From contig JAAFKI010000170.1 in assembly GCA_021399345.1 (NCBI GenBank), positions 1 through 44,304 of the forward strand: DNA of 44,304 nt. Direction: 5' to 3'. Made by a program: the position numbers and the translations under genes. Under the pieces are notes generated by a model. That model was not told where the DNA came from, searched no databases, and worked only from the letters and a program-made list of their open reading frames with translations. This stretch comes from Candidatus Heimdallarchaeota archaeon. Its GTDB lineage: Archaea; Asgardarchaeota; Heimdallarchaeia; Heimdallarchaeales; Heimdallarchaeaceae. Shown here one piece after another: positions 1-9,555 of the stretch (position 1 is the stretch's first letter; the number at the start of each line of letters is the position of its first letter).

Positions 1-1242
1 AGGAAAAAAATCTACATTATTGGAACAATAATTTTTACTTCAGCAACTTTAGTCTTAGGGTTTATGAACAGTGAAACAACGTTAGTAATTTTTCGGTTCG
101 TTCAAGGAGCTGGATCAGCTTTAATATTTGCTACTGGAACAGCAATTCTTACATCTATTTACCCACAGGAAGAAAGAGGAAAAGCATTTGGAATTAGCAT
201 AGGTTCAGTTTATCTAGGTTTAACTGTCGGTCCTTCACTAGGAGGGGTTATTGTTGAACACTTAGGGTGGAGAAGTGTTTTCTTTAGTGTTGTTCCATTT
301 GGTGTCATCATCGCTTTCCTTATGGCATTTGTTTTGAAAGGAGAATGGAAAAATGAAGAAAAGGAGAAGATAGATTTTGTAGGAGCTGTTATCTTTATCA
401 TAACCTTGTTTCTTCTTTTATACGGTTTCAGGTCTATTAATACAAGTTATGGGTATTATTTGATTGGTGCTTCAGTTTTAACTCTGATTGTTTTCATATT
501 CTGGGAGAGAAAAGTAGAAGTACCTATATTGGAGCTAAAACTGTTCAAGAAGAACAGGTTTTTCACGTTTGCTAATTTAACAGCTTTTCTTTTTTACACG
601 GCTACATCCTCAACATCACTTTTACTGAATTATTATCTACAAGATGTGCTTTATTTTTCAGTATCCCTGGCAGGTGTGATACTTTTAGCTAGACCAATTG
701 CACAAGCTATTTTATCTCCAATAGGTGGAAGACTTTCTGACAAAATAGAACATAGAACTATAACAACAATAGGTGTAGCAACAGGATTAGTCGGACTAGT
801 TATGCTTGCTTTTGTTAATCAGAAAACACACATAGTTTTAGTGATTTTTGGTCTACTTCTTGGTGGAATAGGGTTTGGCTTATTCTCTTCCCCTAATGCG
901 AATTCTATTATGAGTTCTGTTCCAAAGAAAATGTATGGTGTTACTTCAGCTTTAATAGGGACAATGCGAACAATTGGACAATCTATTAGTTTAGGTTTTG
1001 CAACTTTACTGTTTTCAGTATTTCTTGGTCCTAATATTTCATCCTCTGCTTTTCAATTTAAAACAGAATTTCTACTACCTGTAATTCCATCGAACTTATC
1101 AATCTCACAACATAGTCCTCTTCTATTGATGAGCATCAAAATAGCGTTCTTCGTAGCTGTTGGGTTAGGTGTTTTAGCTGTTATTTCCTCTTACTTAAGA
1201 GGAAAAATTAACTTTAGAAACAACAATTCATTAAATCAATAA
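1..1242 (+). CDS. MFS transporter, DHA2 (EmrB/QacA-like); 5'-truncated by window edge
   Basis: The frame is open from base 1 (RKKIYIIG...). Motifs FRFVQGAG, ERGKAFG, LGWRSVFF, GRLSDKIEHR and FSSPNANSIM; many TM segments. Confidence 0.9.
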   Translation, partial: RKKIYIIGTIIFTSATLVLGFMNSETTLVIFRFVQGAGSALIFATGTAILTSIYPQEERGKAFGISIGSVYLGLTVGPSLGGVIVEHLGWRSVFFSVVPFGVIIAFLMAFVLKGEWKNEEKEKIDFVGAVIFIITLFLLLYGFRSINTSYGYYLIGASVLTLIVFIFWERKVEVPILELKLFKKNRFFTFANLTAFLFYTATSSTSLLLNYYLQDVLYFSVSLAGVILLARPIAQAILSPIGGRLSDKIEHRTITTIGVATGLVGLVMLAFVNQKTHIVLVIFGLLLGGIGFGLFSSPNANSIMSSVPKKMYGVTSALIGTMRTIGQSISLGFATLLFSVFLGPNISSSAFQFKTEFLLPVIPSNLSISQHSPLLLMSIKIAFFVAVGLGVLAVISSYLRGKINFRNNNSLNQ

Positions 1243-1385
1243 AATGAAATTACCAATAACTAAATTGGTGATTCTATTATAATATTAAGTTAACTTTGCT
1301 TGATATCTCGATTTTCATTTTAGCTAGAATAACCTTCTCAGATATATCTAAGACTCAAGATGAAATTAAATTGAAAAACTTTCTA

Positions 1386-2273
1386 TTAAAAGGTGGTCTG
1401 TAAAATCTCTCTTATTTCTTCATCCCTCTCGTTTTTGAACAATTTTTCTAGAGAATACTTGACATCCTCATTTTCAAGTATAACAAGTTTTTTTACAATT
1501 TCCTTGCGAATATCTCGATTAGCTTCTTTCAACACATAACGAGACAATTCATAAGCTATATTCTCTTCGTTTGCTTTTTGAAGAAGATAGAAAAGTAGAA
1601 GTTTTCTAGTCTCATTATCTGGTTTCGATTTAAGCAAAAGCAGAAAAGTATCTTGTATTTTATTATCATTGATTCGATCACTTAAAGCCCGAATCAGCCA
1701 AAGTTTAACTCGTTTTGATTTCTCAAAATATTTAGCTTTATTAATAAAAACTTCTTGAATTTCAGTATCATCGATAATGGGTCTTAATCCCCATACAGAC
1801 CACAATCTTACTTTTGGAGAACTATCGTCTAATTTCCTAATTAATAATCTCTTAACTTCAGATTTATCATTAAGATCGGCTAGCAAGGAAACAGCTTTTA
1901 CTCTACAGAGAGAATAAGAATCTTTGAAAGCTATCTCTTTGAGAAGTTCCTCTAAATCACTGTTTGGGAGGAGTTCAGCTATTTTATCAATTATCAGGAC
2001 TCTATCTTTGTTCTTTCTTGTTTTTTCATACTCATTAAGAATCTCTTGAATTTCCTCTGATGATGTTATTATTCTTTTTTCAGCTTGAATTTCTTCAATA
2101 TGGGAATCTAGAACTTCTTCTGATTCATAAGTATCGATAATATTTGTATCCTTGATTTCTAGGTTTTTTTTCTTATACTCACTTGATTTGACAAACTCTT
2201 CAGAATCTTCTTCTAATTCTTCCAAAAAAATCTCCACTTCATCTTCCTCTGAATTTAGAGTATGGTAAGTCAA
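1386..2273 (-). CDS. HEAT-repeat (PBS-lyase-like) protein with acidic N-terminus
   Basis: Repeated ~32-aa helical units (DSYSLCRVKAVSLL, DSSPKVRLWSVWGL, EKSKRVKLWLIRAL, EANRDIRKEIVKKL). Confidence 0.75.
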   Translation of the reverse strand: MTYHTLNSEEDEVEIFLEELEEDSEEFVKSSEYKKKNLEIKDTNIIDTYESEEVLDSHIEEIQAEKRIITSSEEIQEILNEYEKTRKNKDRVLIIDKIAELLPNSDLEELLKEIAFKDSYSLCRVKAVSLLADLNDKSEVKRLLIRKLDDSSPKVRLWSVWGLRPIIDDTEIQEVFINKAKYFEKSKRVKLWLIRALSDRINDNKIQDTFLLLLKSKPDNETRKLLLFYLLQKANEENIAYELSRYVLKEANRDIRKEIVKKLVILENEDVKYSLEKLFKNERDEEIREILQTTF

Positions 2274-2361
2274 TTTCTCTCACGTTCTTTATAACTTGGT
2301 GATTAAAAAAGCTATCATTTCATTGCGAAGAGCTTAAAAAAGAGAGATAAAATAGCTGTTC

Positions 2362-3003
2362 ATGAGCAAAATAGAAATTGTAAAAGAAGAAACAGGTCCA
2401 ATAAAGACTAACTGTTACCTTCTCTATGATGAAGTTAAGAAAGAAGCTGCTCTATTTGATGTAGGTGGGGAGATAAACCAAATTTTATCAATTATTGAAG
2501 GCGAACAATTGACTGTGAAGTATTTGTTCTGTACTCATCTACATTTTGATCATGTGCTAGGTTTAGAGGACATAAGACGGTTATTCCCTGAAGCTAAACT
2601 AGTATATAATGAAAGAGAAGAAGAAGTTCTCAAAAGTCTAGGTCCCTATGCTAGAATGTTTGGATTCAAATCAAAATCAATTGGAAAATGTGATATTTTT
2701 GTTGAAGATGAAGATACATTCAAAGTTGGAGATATAGAGATTAAAGCAATTTTATCTCCTGGGCATACTCCAGGAAGTATCTGTTACTATTTCGATGAAC
2801 ACTTGATTTCAGGTGATGTACTATTTAACAAGGGTATTGGAAGAACTGATTTACCTGGTGGAGATTATGATACATTGTTTCAATCAGTTATGGGTTTATA
2901 TGATCTCCCTGATGAAACGAAAGTTTATCCAGGTCATGGACCAACCACTTATATTGGCAATGAAAAACTAGAAAATCCTTTCATTTCAATAGATGATATG
3001 TGA
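2362..3003 (+). CDS. MBL-fold metallo-hydrolase (glyoxalase II-like)
   Basis: THLHFDH, SPGHTPGS, SGDVLF, GRTDLPGG and YPGHGP motifs. Confidence 0.92.
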   Translation: MSKIEIVKEETGPIKTNCYLLYDEVKKEAALFDVGGEINQILSIIEGEQLTVKYLFCTHLHFDHVLGLEDIRRLFPEAKLVYNEREEEVLKSLGPYARMFGFKSKSIGKCDIFVEDEDTFKVGDIEIKAILSPGHTPGSICYYFDEHLISGDVLFNKGIGRTDLPGGDYDTLFQSVMGLYDLPDETKVYPGHGPTTYIGNEKLENPFISIDDM

Positions 3004-3009
3004 TATAAA

Positions 3010-3681
3010 TTAACCATCCAGTATTTTTTCTAGAAAGTTCTGAATATCCTTAAAATTAGAAAATTCTACTAATCTTGGATCTTTATGGAGTTTTTTGGCT
3101 AAGTCTTCATTTCTTTTAGCAATAATATGATCAGCTAACTTCTCCGATGGAAGGATGTCAGAAAGTCCATCACCAATGTAAACCACTTTATCATGTTCTT
3201 CTTTGATTCTCAATACTTGCGAATATTTACAGTTTGCACAATCATGTTCACAATTATCAGTTAGAAATTTTAGATGAATTTTATTATCAACTAATTCCAT
3301 GTCATTAGCTTTTATTTCCAGCTTCTTACTATCAATTCCATGATTCTCAAGAATTCTGGTAATATAGGTATGAAAACCATCTGAGAGAATGATAAAAAAG
3401 ATTCCATTTTCTTTAATCCAGTTGTAAAAATCTAAAAATGTGGGATCTATCTTTATTCTATCAACGATTTCGTATATTTCATCCATCGTTGTATGCTCAA
3501 TCATACCCCATTGCTTGATTAAGGCTGCTCTGGTACCAATTTCACCATTTATTACTAATTTGTCATAATATTGCCAGTCTTTAGTTGTTAAAGAAGTTAA
3601 CATTTCTTTTCCTGTATCTGTTAAAGTTATAGTTCCATCAAAATCACAGCAAATAGCAATGTTCATTACACTAGTCTTCAA
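3010..3681 (-). CDS. HAD-IB phosphatase, MtnX-like
   Basis: DFDGTIT motif I, LSDG motif II, CxxxCANCK, YIGDGLSD motif IV. True start may be the ATG at 3666. Confidence 0.8.
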   Translation of the reverse strand: MKTSVMNIAICCDFDGTITLTDTGKEMLTSLTTKDWQYYDKLVINGEIGTRAALIKQWGMIEHTTMDEIYEIVDRIKIDPTFLDFYNWIKENGIFFIILSDGFHTYITRILENHGIDSKKLEIKANDMELVDNKIHLKFLTDNCEHDCANCKYSQVLRIKEEHDKVVYIGDGLSDILPSEKLADHIIAKRNEDLAKKLHKDPRLVEFSNFKDIQNFLEKILDG

Positions 3682-3741
3682 TTAGGATAAGAAAAGCTTT
3701 CCTATATACCTTCAAAATATGCCATTTGGTTACTTATTTAT

Positions 3742-5145
3742 ATGTTAAAGTTATGTAATGCCATTAGGGTGCAATTTATCGAAACCTTAGATTCATTGAT
3801 TGAAACTTCTATAAAACAAGGAACATCCTATACAGATGTACGTCATGGTAGAGTAGTTACCAAGAATATTATTGCTCAAAATGGTAAAATTGTAGATGAA
3901 AGAAATTGTATTAATTCTGGGTATGGGATTCGAATGCTCTCAGAAGGTATTGTGACCTTTACTTCAACTCCAAGAATTAGATTTGCAGAGAAAGAGATAA
4001 AGAAAGCAATTAGTGTTTCTAAATTGCTAACAAATTGGAAAAAAGGAATATCTGAACTAGCAGATGCCCCAGTAGCTGATTCATCAGCTGTTAAGAAACC
4101 TAAAATTAATTGGGTAGATTTAGGAAATGAGGAATTTGAGGAGAAAATTAGAGATTTAGATTCTTTTATCAATGAGTTTTTGAGAGTGGATTGCAGTATA
4201 GAGACTGATATTCAGTTAATTAATTGGTCAGAAAAATTTAGAAATTCTGAGGGTACAAGAGTTTATCAAGAATATCCTTATGTGATCCTCACTTTAACAG
4301 GTAGATTATCTAAAAATGGGAACCAACTAAAATATTACAAATCCTATGGTGGAATGGGTGGATTAGAAATACTTCCATTTGATAAAATGGAAGAAACATT
4401 AGTTTTTATTGAAACAATTAATAATATACAAAAAGCTAAAAACGTTGAACAAGGATTGCATAACTCTGTTCTAAGTGAGGATATGGCATGGACATTGAAC
4501 CACGAAGTTTTTGGACACTCATTAGAAGCTGATAACGTTCTTTCAGGTCGTTCTTTTAGTAGCGGTCTTCTAGGAATGAAAATAGCTCCATCTGTTGTAA
4601 GTGTTATAGATGACCCATATATAGAATCTTTAGGTTATTACGAATTTGATTCTGAAGGTGTTAAAGGAAGAGGAAATTTGTTAGTTGATGAAGGAATTTT
4701 AACTGATTTCTTACATAGTAGATTATCAGCAGCAGCTATGGGGACTGAATCTTCTTCTAATTACAGAGCTAGTGATTTCGAATTTTTACCACAGGTAAGA
4801 ATGAGTAATTTCTTCTTTGAGCCAAAAGATTATTCTGAAGAAGAGCTCTTTGAGCACGTGAAAAATGGTTTGTATATCGGTGATGGACTTGGGGGTTCTT
4901 CAGAACCTCAAACAGGGGAATACAACCTTGATGCTCAATTTGGTAGAGAAATAAAAAATGGGGAATTAGGTGATTATATACTTCAATTCCAAATCAGTGG
5001 CACTATGATGGATACTCTTTCCAAGATTGAACTAATAGGAGACAAGATTATTGCTCAACCAGGCAGTTGTGTTAAAAATAACCAACGTGTGTTTGTTGGT
5101 TCTATTGGACCGAAAATTACTATATCTGAGGTGAGGGTTAGCTAA
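3742..5145 (+). CDS. tldD: TldD family metalloprotease
   Basis: HEVFGHSLEAD (HExxGH), DDP, FDSEG, RMSN and C-terminal GSCVK. Start may be the GTG at 3769. Confidence 0.88.
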   Translation: MLKLCNAIRVQFIETLDSLIETSIKQGTSYTDVRHGRVVTKNIIAQNGKIVDERNCINSGYGIRMLSEGIVTFTSTPRIRFAEKEIKKAISVSKLLTNWKKGISELADAPVADSSAVKKPKINWVDLGNEEFEEKIRDLDSFINEFLRVDCSIETDIQLINWSEKFRNSEGTRVYQEYPYVILTLTGRLSKNGNQLKYYKSYGGMGGLEILPFDKMEETLVFIETINNIQKAKNVEQGLHNSVLSEDMAWTLNHEVFGHSLEADNVLSGRSFSSGLLGMKIAPSVVSVIDDPYIESLGYYEFDSEGVKGRGNLLVDEGILTDFLHSRLSAAAMGTESSSNYRASDFEFLPQVRMSNFFFEPKDYSEEELFEHVKNGLYIGDGLGGSSEPQTGEYNLDAQFGREIKNGELGDYILQFQISGTMMDTLSKIELIGDKIIAQPGSCVKNNQRVFVGSIGPKITISEVRVS

Positions 5146-6500
5146 TGTATACTGATGAAGAATTAAAAGATTTAAGCATCAGAGTACTGCATAAACTTGA
5201 TCAAAAATTTGGTTTTAAGGAGGCAGAAGTATATTTACAATCACTTTCACATATGATGGGTGGAACTGAATATAGAACTCCTAAAGTTTTTCAATCCATC
5301 AATAGAGAAGGTTGTGCTATTAGATTCTTTAAAGATGGTAGACTCTATTTTGCATGTTTTCCTCTCAAATCTGTTTTATCTGATATAGATAAAATAAATA
5401 CAATTGTATCTTTTCCAATTGATTCTCCTAAATTTGAGTTTCCTGAAATTAAGATATCTCAGGATGAGATTGATAATATTTATGACAAAAGAATAGCAGC
5501 TATGAATGAAGAAGAAATATATTCATTGTCATATTCCTTGAATGATTTAGAAGATAAAATGAAGGATATTATTCTAGATGGATCTATTCGATTCTCCTTA
5601 GAAAGAAAGATAATTGCTAATTCTACACAATCAATAGCTTTTGAAAAAAGTACTTGGAATGATATCAATCTTCGAGCTCTCTATAGGGGATTTGACCTGA
5701 TTTCAAGTTCAGAAAAACATCTAACTAGTCGTCAAATACTTAGTTCAGTATCTAGCATCGTTGAAGATTTAGTACAAGAAGCTATCCAAAGGTCTACCAT
5801 GGATGAAAACACAATAGACACTGATGTTCCAGTGATTTTCTCACCAATGGCTCTATCACAGATCTTTTCATTTACAATTATACCTCATCTGAAACTGGGT
5901 CATGCAGGAAAATTAGCTGAGCAAGATTTTTCATCAGATTTTAATTTAATTGATGATGGAACCGTTCCAGGGCTTCCCAATTCCACAGCTTTTGATGATG
6001 AAGGAATAAGTCAATCAAGAACTATAATCATCAGAAACGGCTCTTTCCAAACAGCATTAAATAACTGTCAAAATGAGGTTGAACCAGTTGAAAGAACTGG
6101 AAATTCCTTCAGAGTAAAAATGTTTGAAGTTTTCCCAAGAAACTTTCAAGCTTATCCCGAAATCTATCCATCTAATTTAATAATTGGTGAAGGAGAAACA
6201 TCTTTAGAACAAATGTACGATGATACAAAAGAGTGCATCTTAATTAATTCCACACAAGGTTACATGACAGCAGATCATCACTCTGGTACATTTAAAGTAT
6301 CTGCAAATGATGCATATAGAATCGAAAATGGTTCAATTAGTGGAGCATTACCTACTTTTGATTTAATTGGAAATATGTTTGAAGTTTTATCTGAAGAACC
6401 GCTTTTTCTAAAAGATCGAAAGGTTGTTAGGCCAATTAATACTCCATATAGTGTTCTAGCCCCATATCTTTCTACAAAAAGGGTAGAACTATTTCCTTGA
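5145..6500 (+). CDS. pmbA: TldE/PmbA family protein (non-catalytic partner)
   Basis: TAATG coupling to tldD; IDDGT...FDDEG, TGNSFR and PSNL motifs; lacks HExxH. Confidence 0.82.
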   Translation: MYTDEELKDLSIRVLHKLDQKFGFKEAEVYLQSLSHMMGGTEYRTPKVFQSINREGCAIRFFKDGRLYFACFPLKSVLSDIDKINTIVSFPIDSPKFEFPEIKISQDEIDNIYDKRIAAMNEEEIYSLSYSLNDLEDKMKDIILDGSIRFSLERKIIANSTQSIAFEKSTWNDINLRALYRGFDLISSSEKHLTSRQILSSVSSIVEDLVQEAIQRSTMDENTIDTDVPVIFSPMALSQIFSFTIIPHLKLGHAGKLAEQDFSSDFNLIDDGTVPGLPNSTAFDDEGISQSRTIIIRNGSFQTALNNCQNEVEPVERTGNSFRVKMFEVFPRNFQAYPEIYPSNLIIGEGETSLEQMYDDTKECILINSTQGYMTADHHSGTFKVSANDAYRIENGSISGALPTFDLIGNMFEVLSEEPLFLKDRKVVRPINTPYSVLAPYLSTKRVELFP

Positions 6501-6605
6501 ATAGTTTTTCTAAAAAATCTGAAAAATCAAGTTCGAAAAAGTTTAAAAATGCGGATGATTTCCGAAACCTAATAAGAACAGCCTAGCTATTCGGTGAATT
6601 CATTG

Positions 6606-8087
6606 ATGAAAAAACGTACTTTCATACCTTTGGTACTTCTAGCTCTTGTATTTAGTATGAGTCTAACCACTATTACTAAAAGTGAACAGAATGATCCTCA
6701 AAACTCTCTCCCCACATTAGATGCAACTATTAAACCCATTTTTAGAGGAACAGATGGTAATGCTACTTTGTTAGAATCGCAAAGTATCATATTGCGTCGT
6801 GGAGCAATTTACACAACAGAACCCTATAAGAATATAACAATTTGGTATTCTTTTGCAGGTGGAGATAATCTATCAGCTCCAATTTTATTTGGTGATGATG
6901 GTGTAGGGAATCTTTCTTGGACTATTGGGATTTTGATGAACTATGATTATGAAAGAACTGAATTAGAATCAGATGGTTCTGCTTATTATAATCATACATT
7001 TTTCATGACTTCAAATTTCATATCATTTATAGTCAGATATGGGGTATATGAAAATGATTTTCGTATTCCACATTTAATAACAATTTCACCCAGAGTAATA
7101 TCTACTCTTATCCCAGATTTTTACACACAACTCAATGATATTAAGTATAATTTGACATTGTATGAGTACAATATTACAGGATATGGGCTGAGTTACCGTG
7201 AAGTAACTCCTGAACATGATACTGATTTCCAAAATGTTACAGCTTCTCTTGTTAGTTCAAGTACATTTCTGAATGTTAGTTTATCCTTTAATCACTCATT
7301 TGAAGTAGGAACAGAAGTAGAAGTAAGAGGTTTCATTGTACAAAATGATAATATGACACTTCAAAGTAGAATTCTACATGAGAATAGGGCTCATGTAATA
7401 ACAATAGTTGACACTACTCCCGAAATAGAATTAACGGGAGAAAGATATACTAATTCTCTAAATTACAGCTTATTGTATGTAGCTTCAGCACCTCATTCAA
7501 ATGTAACACTTGTGGAAATTGATTGGGATGATTTGTCAGGAATACAATCAATTGTAAATATATCGTATGATACTATATATCATCTTTATTCAAGTGTAGG
7601 TGAGTATAACATTACAGTTACAGCGTATTCCGAAACTCTTTCAGTAACTGAATATGTGATAACTTTAATAGAACAAATAGACCCAACAGGAATAGTAAAA
7701 GTACTAGTTGGAGGAGTTTTAAAAGAGCCTTCAGCTGGAGAAACAATTTCTATTGAAGTTGAAATTAAGAGCGCTACATTTCAAGTCTCAGCTAATGATA
7801 CTGGAGGTAGTGGAGTATGGAAAATATCTTTAGAAACAGATGAAGGTAATCTAGTAACTGTTGAAGGAGATTCGGGTGAAATTGATTTACCATTCTTAGA
7901 ATATGGTGAACATGACATCTTAATGACAGTTTATGATAAATCTGGTAACCTTTACATATTTACTTTCTCTGTAGACTTAATTCCTGTCGAAACTCGTGGC
8001 GATTTCCCTGTACCTTTCCCATTTGGTCTGACTACTTTAGCTGGTTTAATCGCATTAGTTGCAATCTACTCAAAAAAGAAGAAATAG
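6606..8087 (+). CDS. Secreted, probably N-glycosylated surface protein with PKD/Ig-like domains and C-terminal membrane anchor/sorting signal
   Basis: Signal peptide MKKRTFIPLVLLALVF after GGTGA (6593-6597). PKD-like IDWDD...HLYSSVGEYNITVTA; Ig-like DTGGSGV...VYDKSGN; many NxS/T sequons; C-terminus PVPFPF-TM-KKKK. Confidence 0.75.
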   Translation: MKKRTFIPLVLLALVFSMSLTTITKSEQNDPQNSLPTLDATIKPIFRGTDGNATLLESQSIILRRGAIYTTEPYKNITIWYSFAGGDNLSAPILFGDDGVGNLSWTIGILMNYDYERTELESDGSAYYNHTFFMTSNFISFIVRYGVYENDFRIPHLITISPRVISTLIPDFYTQLNDIKYNLTLYEYNITGYGLSYREVTPEHDTDFQNVTASLVSSSTFLNVSLSFNHSFEVGTEVEVRGFIVQNDNMTLQSRILHENRAHVITIVDTTPEIELTGERYTNSLNYSLLYVASAPHSNVTLVEIDWDDLSGIQSIVNISYDTIYHLYSSVGEYNITVTAYSETLSVTEYVITLIEQIDPTGIVKVLVGGVLKEPSAGETISIEVEIKSATFQVSANDTGGSGVWKISLETDEGNLVTVEGDSGEIDLPFLEYGEHDILMTVYDKSGNLYIFTFSVDLIPVETRGDFPVPFPFGLTTLAGLIALVAIYSKKKK

Positions 8088-8198
8088 AATACATTTCTTC
8101 TTAAATTTTTCATTTTCTTTTCTTCAATTTGAAAATCTATGTTTAATCTATCAAAAGATTATATGAAATGTGATGAGAAAAAAATACAAAATGTAAGA

Positions 8199-8585
8199 TC
8201 ACCCTTTCCATGCAGTTGCAGATATTTCCACATCTACATCCTTTGGTAACCTTTTCGCTTCAATAGCTACTCTAGCAGGAGGGCTCTCTCCAAAATATTG
8301 AGCAAAAATTTCATTCATATTTGAGAATTGTTCCATATCTTTTAGATATACTCTACATCTTACAACATCTTGTAGTGTGTAACCTGCTTCTTCTACAATT
8401 GCTTTGATGTTTTCACATACTTGTTTTGTAGCTATTTTCACATCACCATAGTAAATCTCTCCAGTTGCTGGATTTGCTGGGATTTGACCCGCTACATAAA
8501 GTGTATTTCCAGCCTTGATTGCTTGGGAATAAGGTCCTACAGGAGCTGGAGCTTTATCTGTTAAAATAATTTTTTTGGGAGACAT
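8199..8585 (-). CDS. ridA: RidA/YjgF family reactive intermediate deaminase
   Basis: [24 protein letters not shown] and VEI motifs. Confidence 0.93.
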   Translation of the reverse strand: MSPKKIILTDKAPAPVGPYSQAIKAGNTLYVAGQIPANPATGEIYYGDVKIATKQVCENIKAIVEEAGYTLQDVVRCRVYLKDMEQFSNMNEIFAQYFGESPPARVAIEAKRLPKDVDVEISATAWKG

Positions 8586-8629
8586 AACCTAGATTTGTGA
8601 TATATAAAAATAAAGTTTCTTCTCTAACG

Positions 8630-9511
8630 TTATTTTTCCCATAATTCAAGTATCTTGAAAATCAAACCAACACCAAAATTTAATGCTGTTCTATTGAGTA
8701 ATGAATGTCTGAATTCTACTATGTCAACGTATTTAGTTTTAGGTAAAATAATTTCTAGCATTTCTACAACTAACTGAGGAGTCAATCCAAAAGGTTCCAT
8801 AGTAGCAAGAGTGGGGACATATGCTTGATCAAATGCATCTGCATCAATACTCACATAGATTCTGTCAAAATTGGAAACAAATTCAGAGATAACCTTTAGC
8901 GAATCATCCTTATTTGAAAATATCTTCTGAGTTGGTAAATGAATTACTTCTTTCTGATTTTGAATCTTCAAATATTCTGTAGTGGTTTGAGTATAGGCAT
9001 GACCACCTATAAACAACATCTGATTTTTTTTCAGTTCCAATTTGTCTTTCAGATTAGCGAAAACAGTACCATGAGATTGAAAGATTCCAGGTGGATATTC
9101 ATCTGCTAGGTCTGAATGTGCATCGAACCAAATTATGGCGGTTTTTTCATCCCATGGTGCAAGAGAAAGTGTATCGAAAGTTATACTATGGTCTCCTCCT
9201 AAAACTAAAATTCTAGAACTTAAATCTAAAGCCTTATCCCATAGTTTTTGGATTTTCTTCTTTTCCTTAACTGGATGAAAATTTCCAATATCATAGTAGT
9301 TTGTTTTATTCTGATAAATGTTAAAAGTAGTTGAAACTGCACTAAACTCAAGAGATTTCTTCCTAAGGGCATTGGGAGCTTTTCTAGACCCCTTCTTGTT
9401 ATCTTTTGTTCTTTCGAATGGAATGCCGAAAAGAAAGAGTGCATTTTTTTCTTTAAGTTTATCTAATGATTCATAAGATTGGTCAAAGAAACCTAGAAAT
9501 GTGTTTTTCAT
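8630..9511 (-). CDS. Ureohydrolase (agmatinase/arginase family)
   Basis: GIPFE, GGDHS, DAHSD, SHGT, SIDADAFD and EPFGL; Mn ligands intact. Confidence 0.85.
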   Translation of the reverse strand: MKNTFLGFFDQSYESLDKLKEKNALFLFGIPFERTKDNKKGSRKAPNALRKKSLEFSAVSTTFNIYQNKTNYYDIGNFHPVKEKKKIQKLWDKALDLSSRILVLGGDHSITFDTLSLAPWDEKTAIIWFDAHSDLADEYPPGIFQSHGTVFANLKDKLELKKNQMLFIGGHAYTQTTTEYLKIQNQKEVIHLPTQKIFSNKDDSLKVISEFVSNFDRIYVSIDADAFDQAYVPTLATMEPFGLTPQLVVEMLEIILPKTKYVDIVEFRHSLLNRTALNFGVGLIFKILELWEK

Positions 9512-9555
9512 TGTCTTGAATTATATTATCTCAATAGAATAAAATTATTTTGATA

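Noticed and set aside
3010-6500. TldD/TldE + MtnX as a RiPP or methionine-salvage cluster
   Set aside because: No precursor peptide, YcaO or other mtn genes nearby; TldD/E pairs are routine in archaea.
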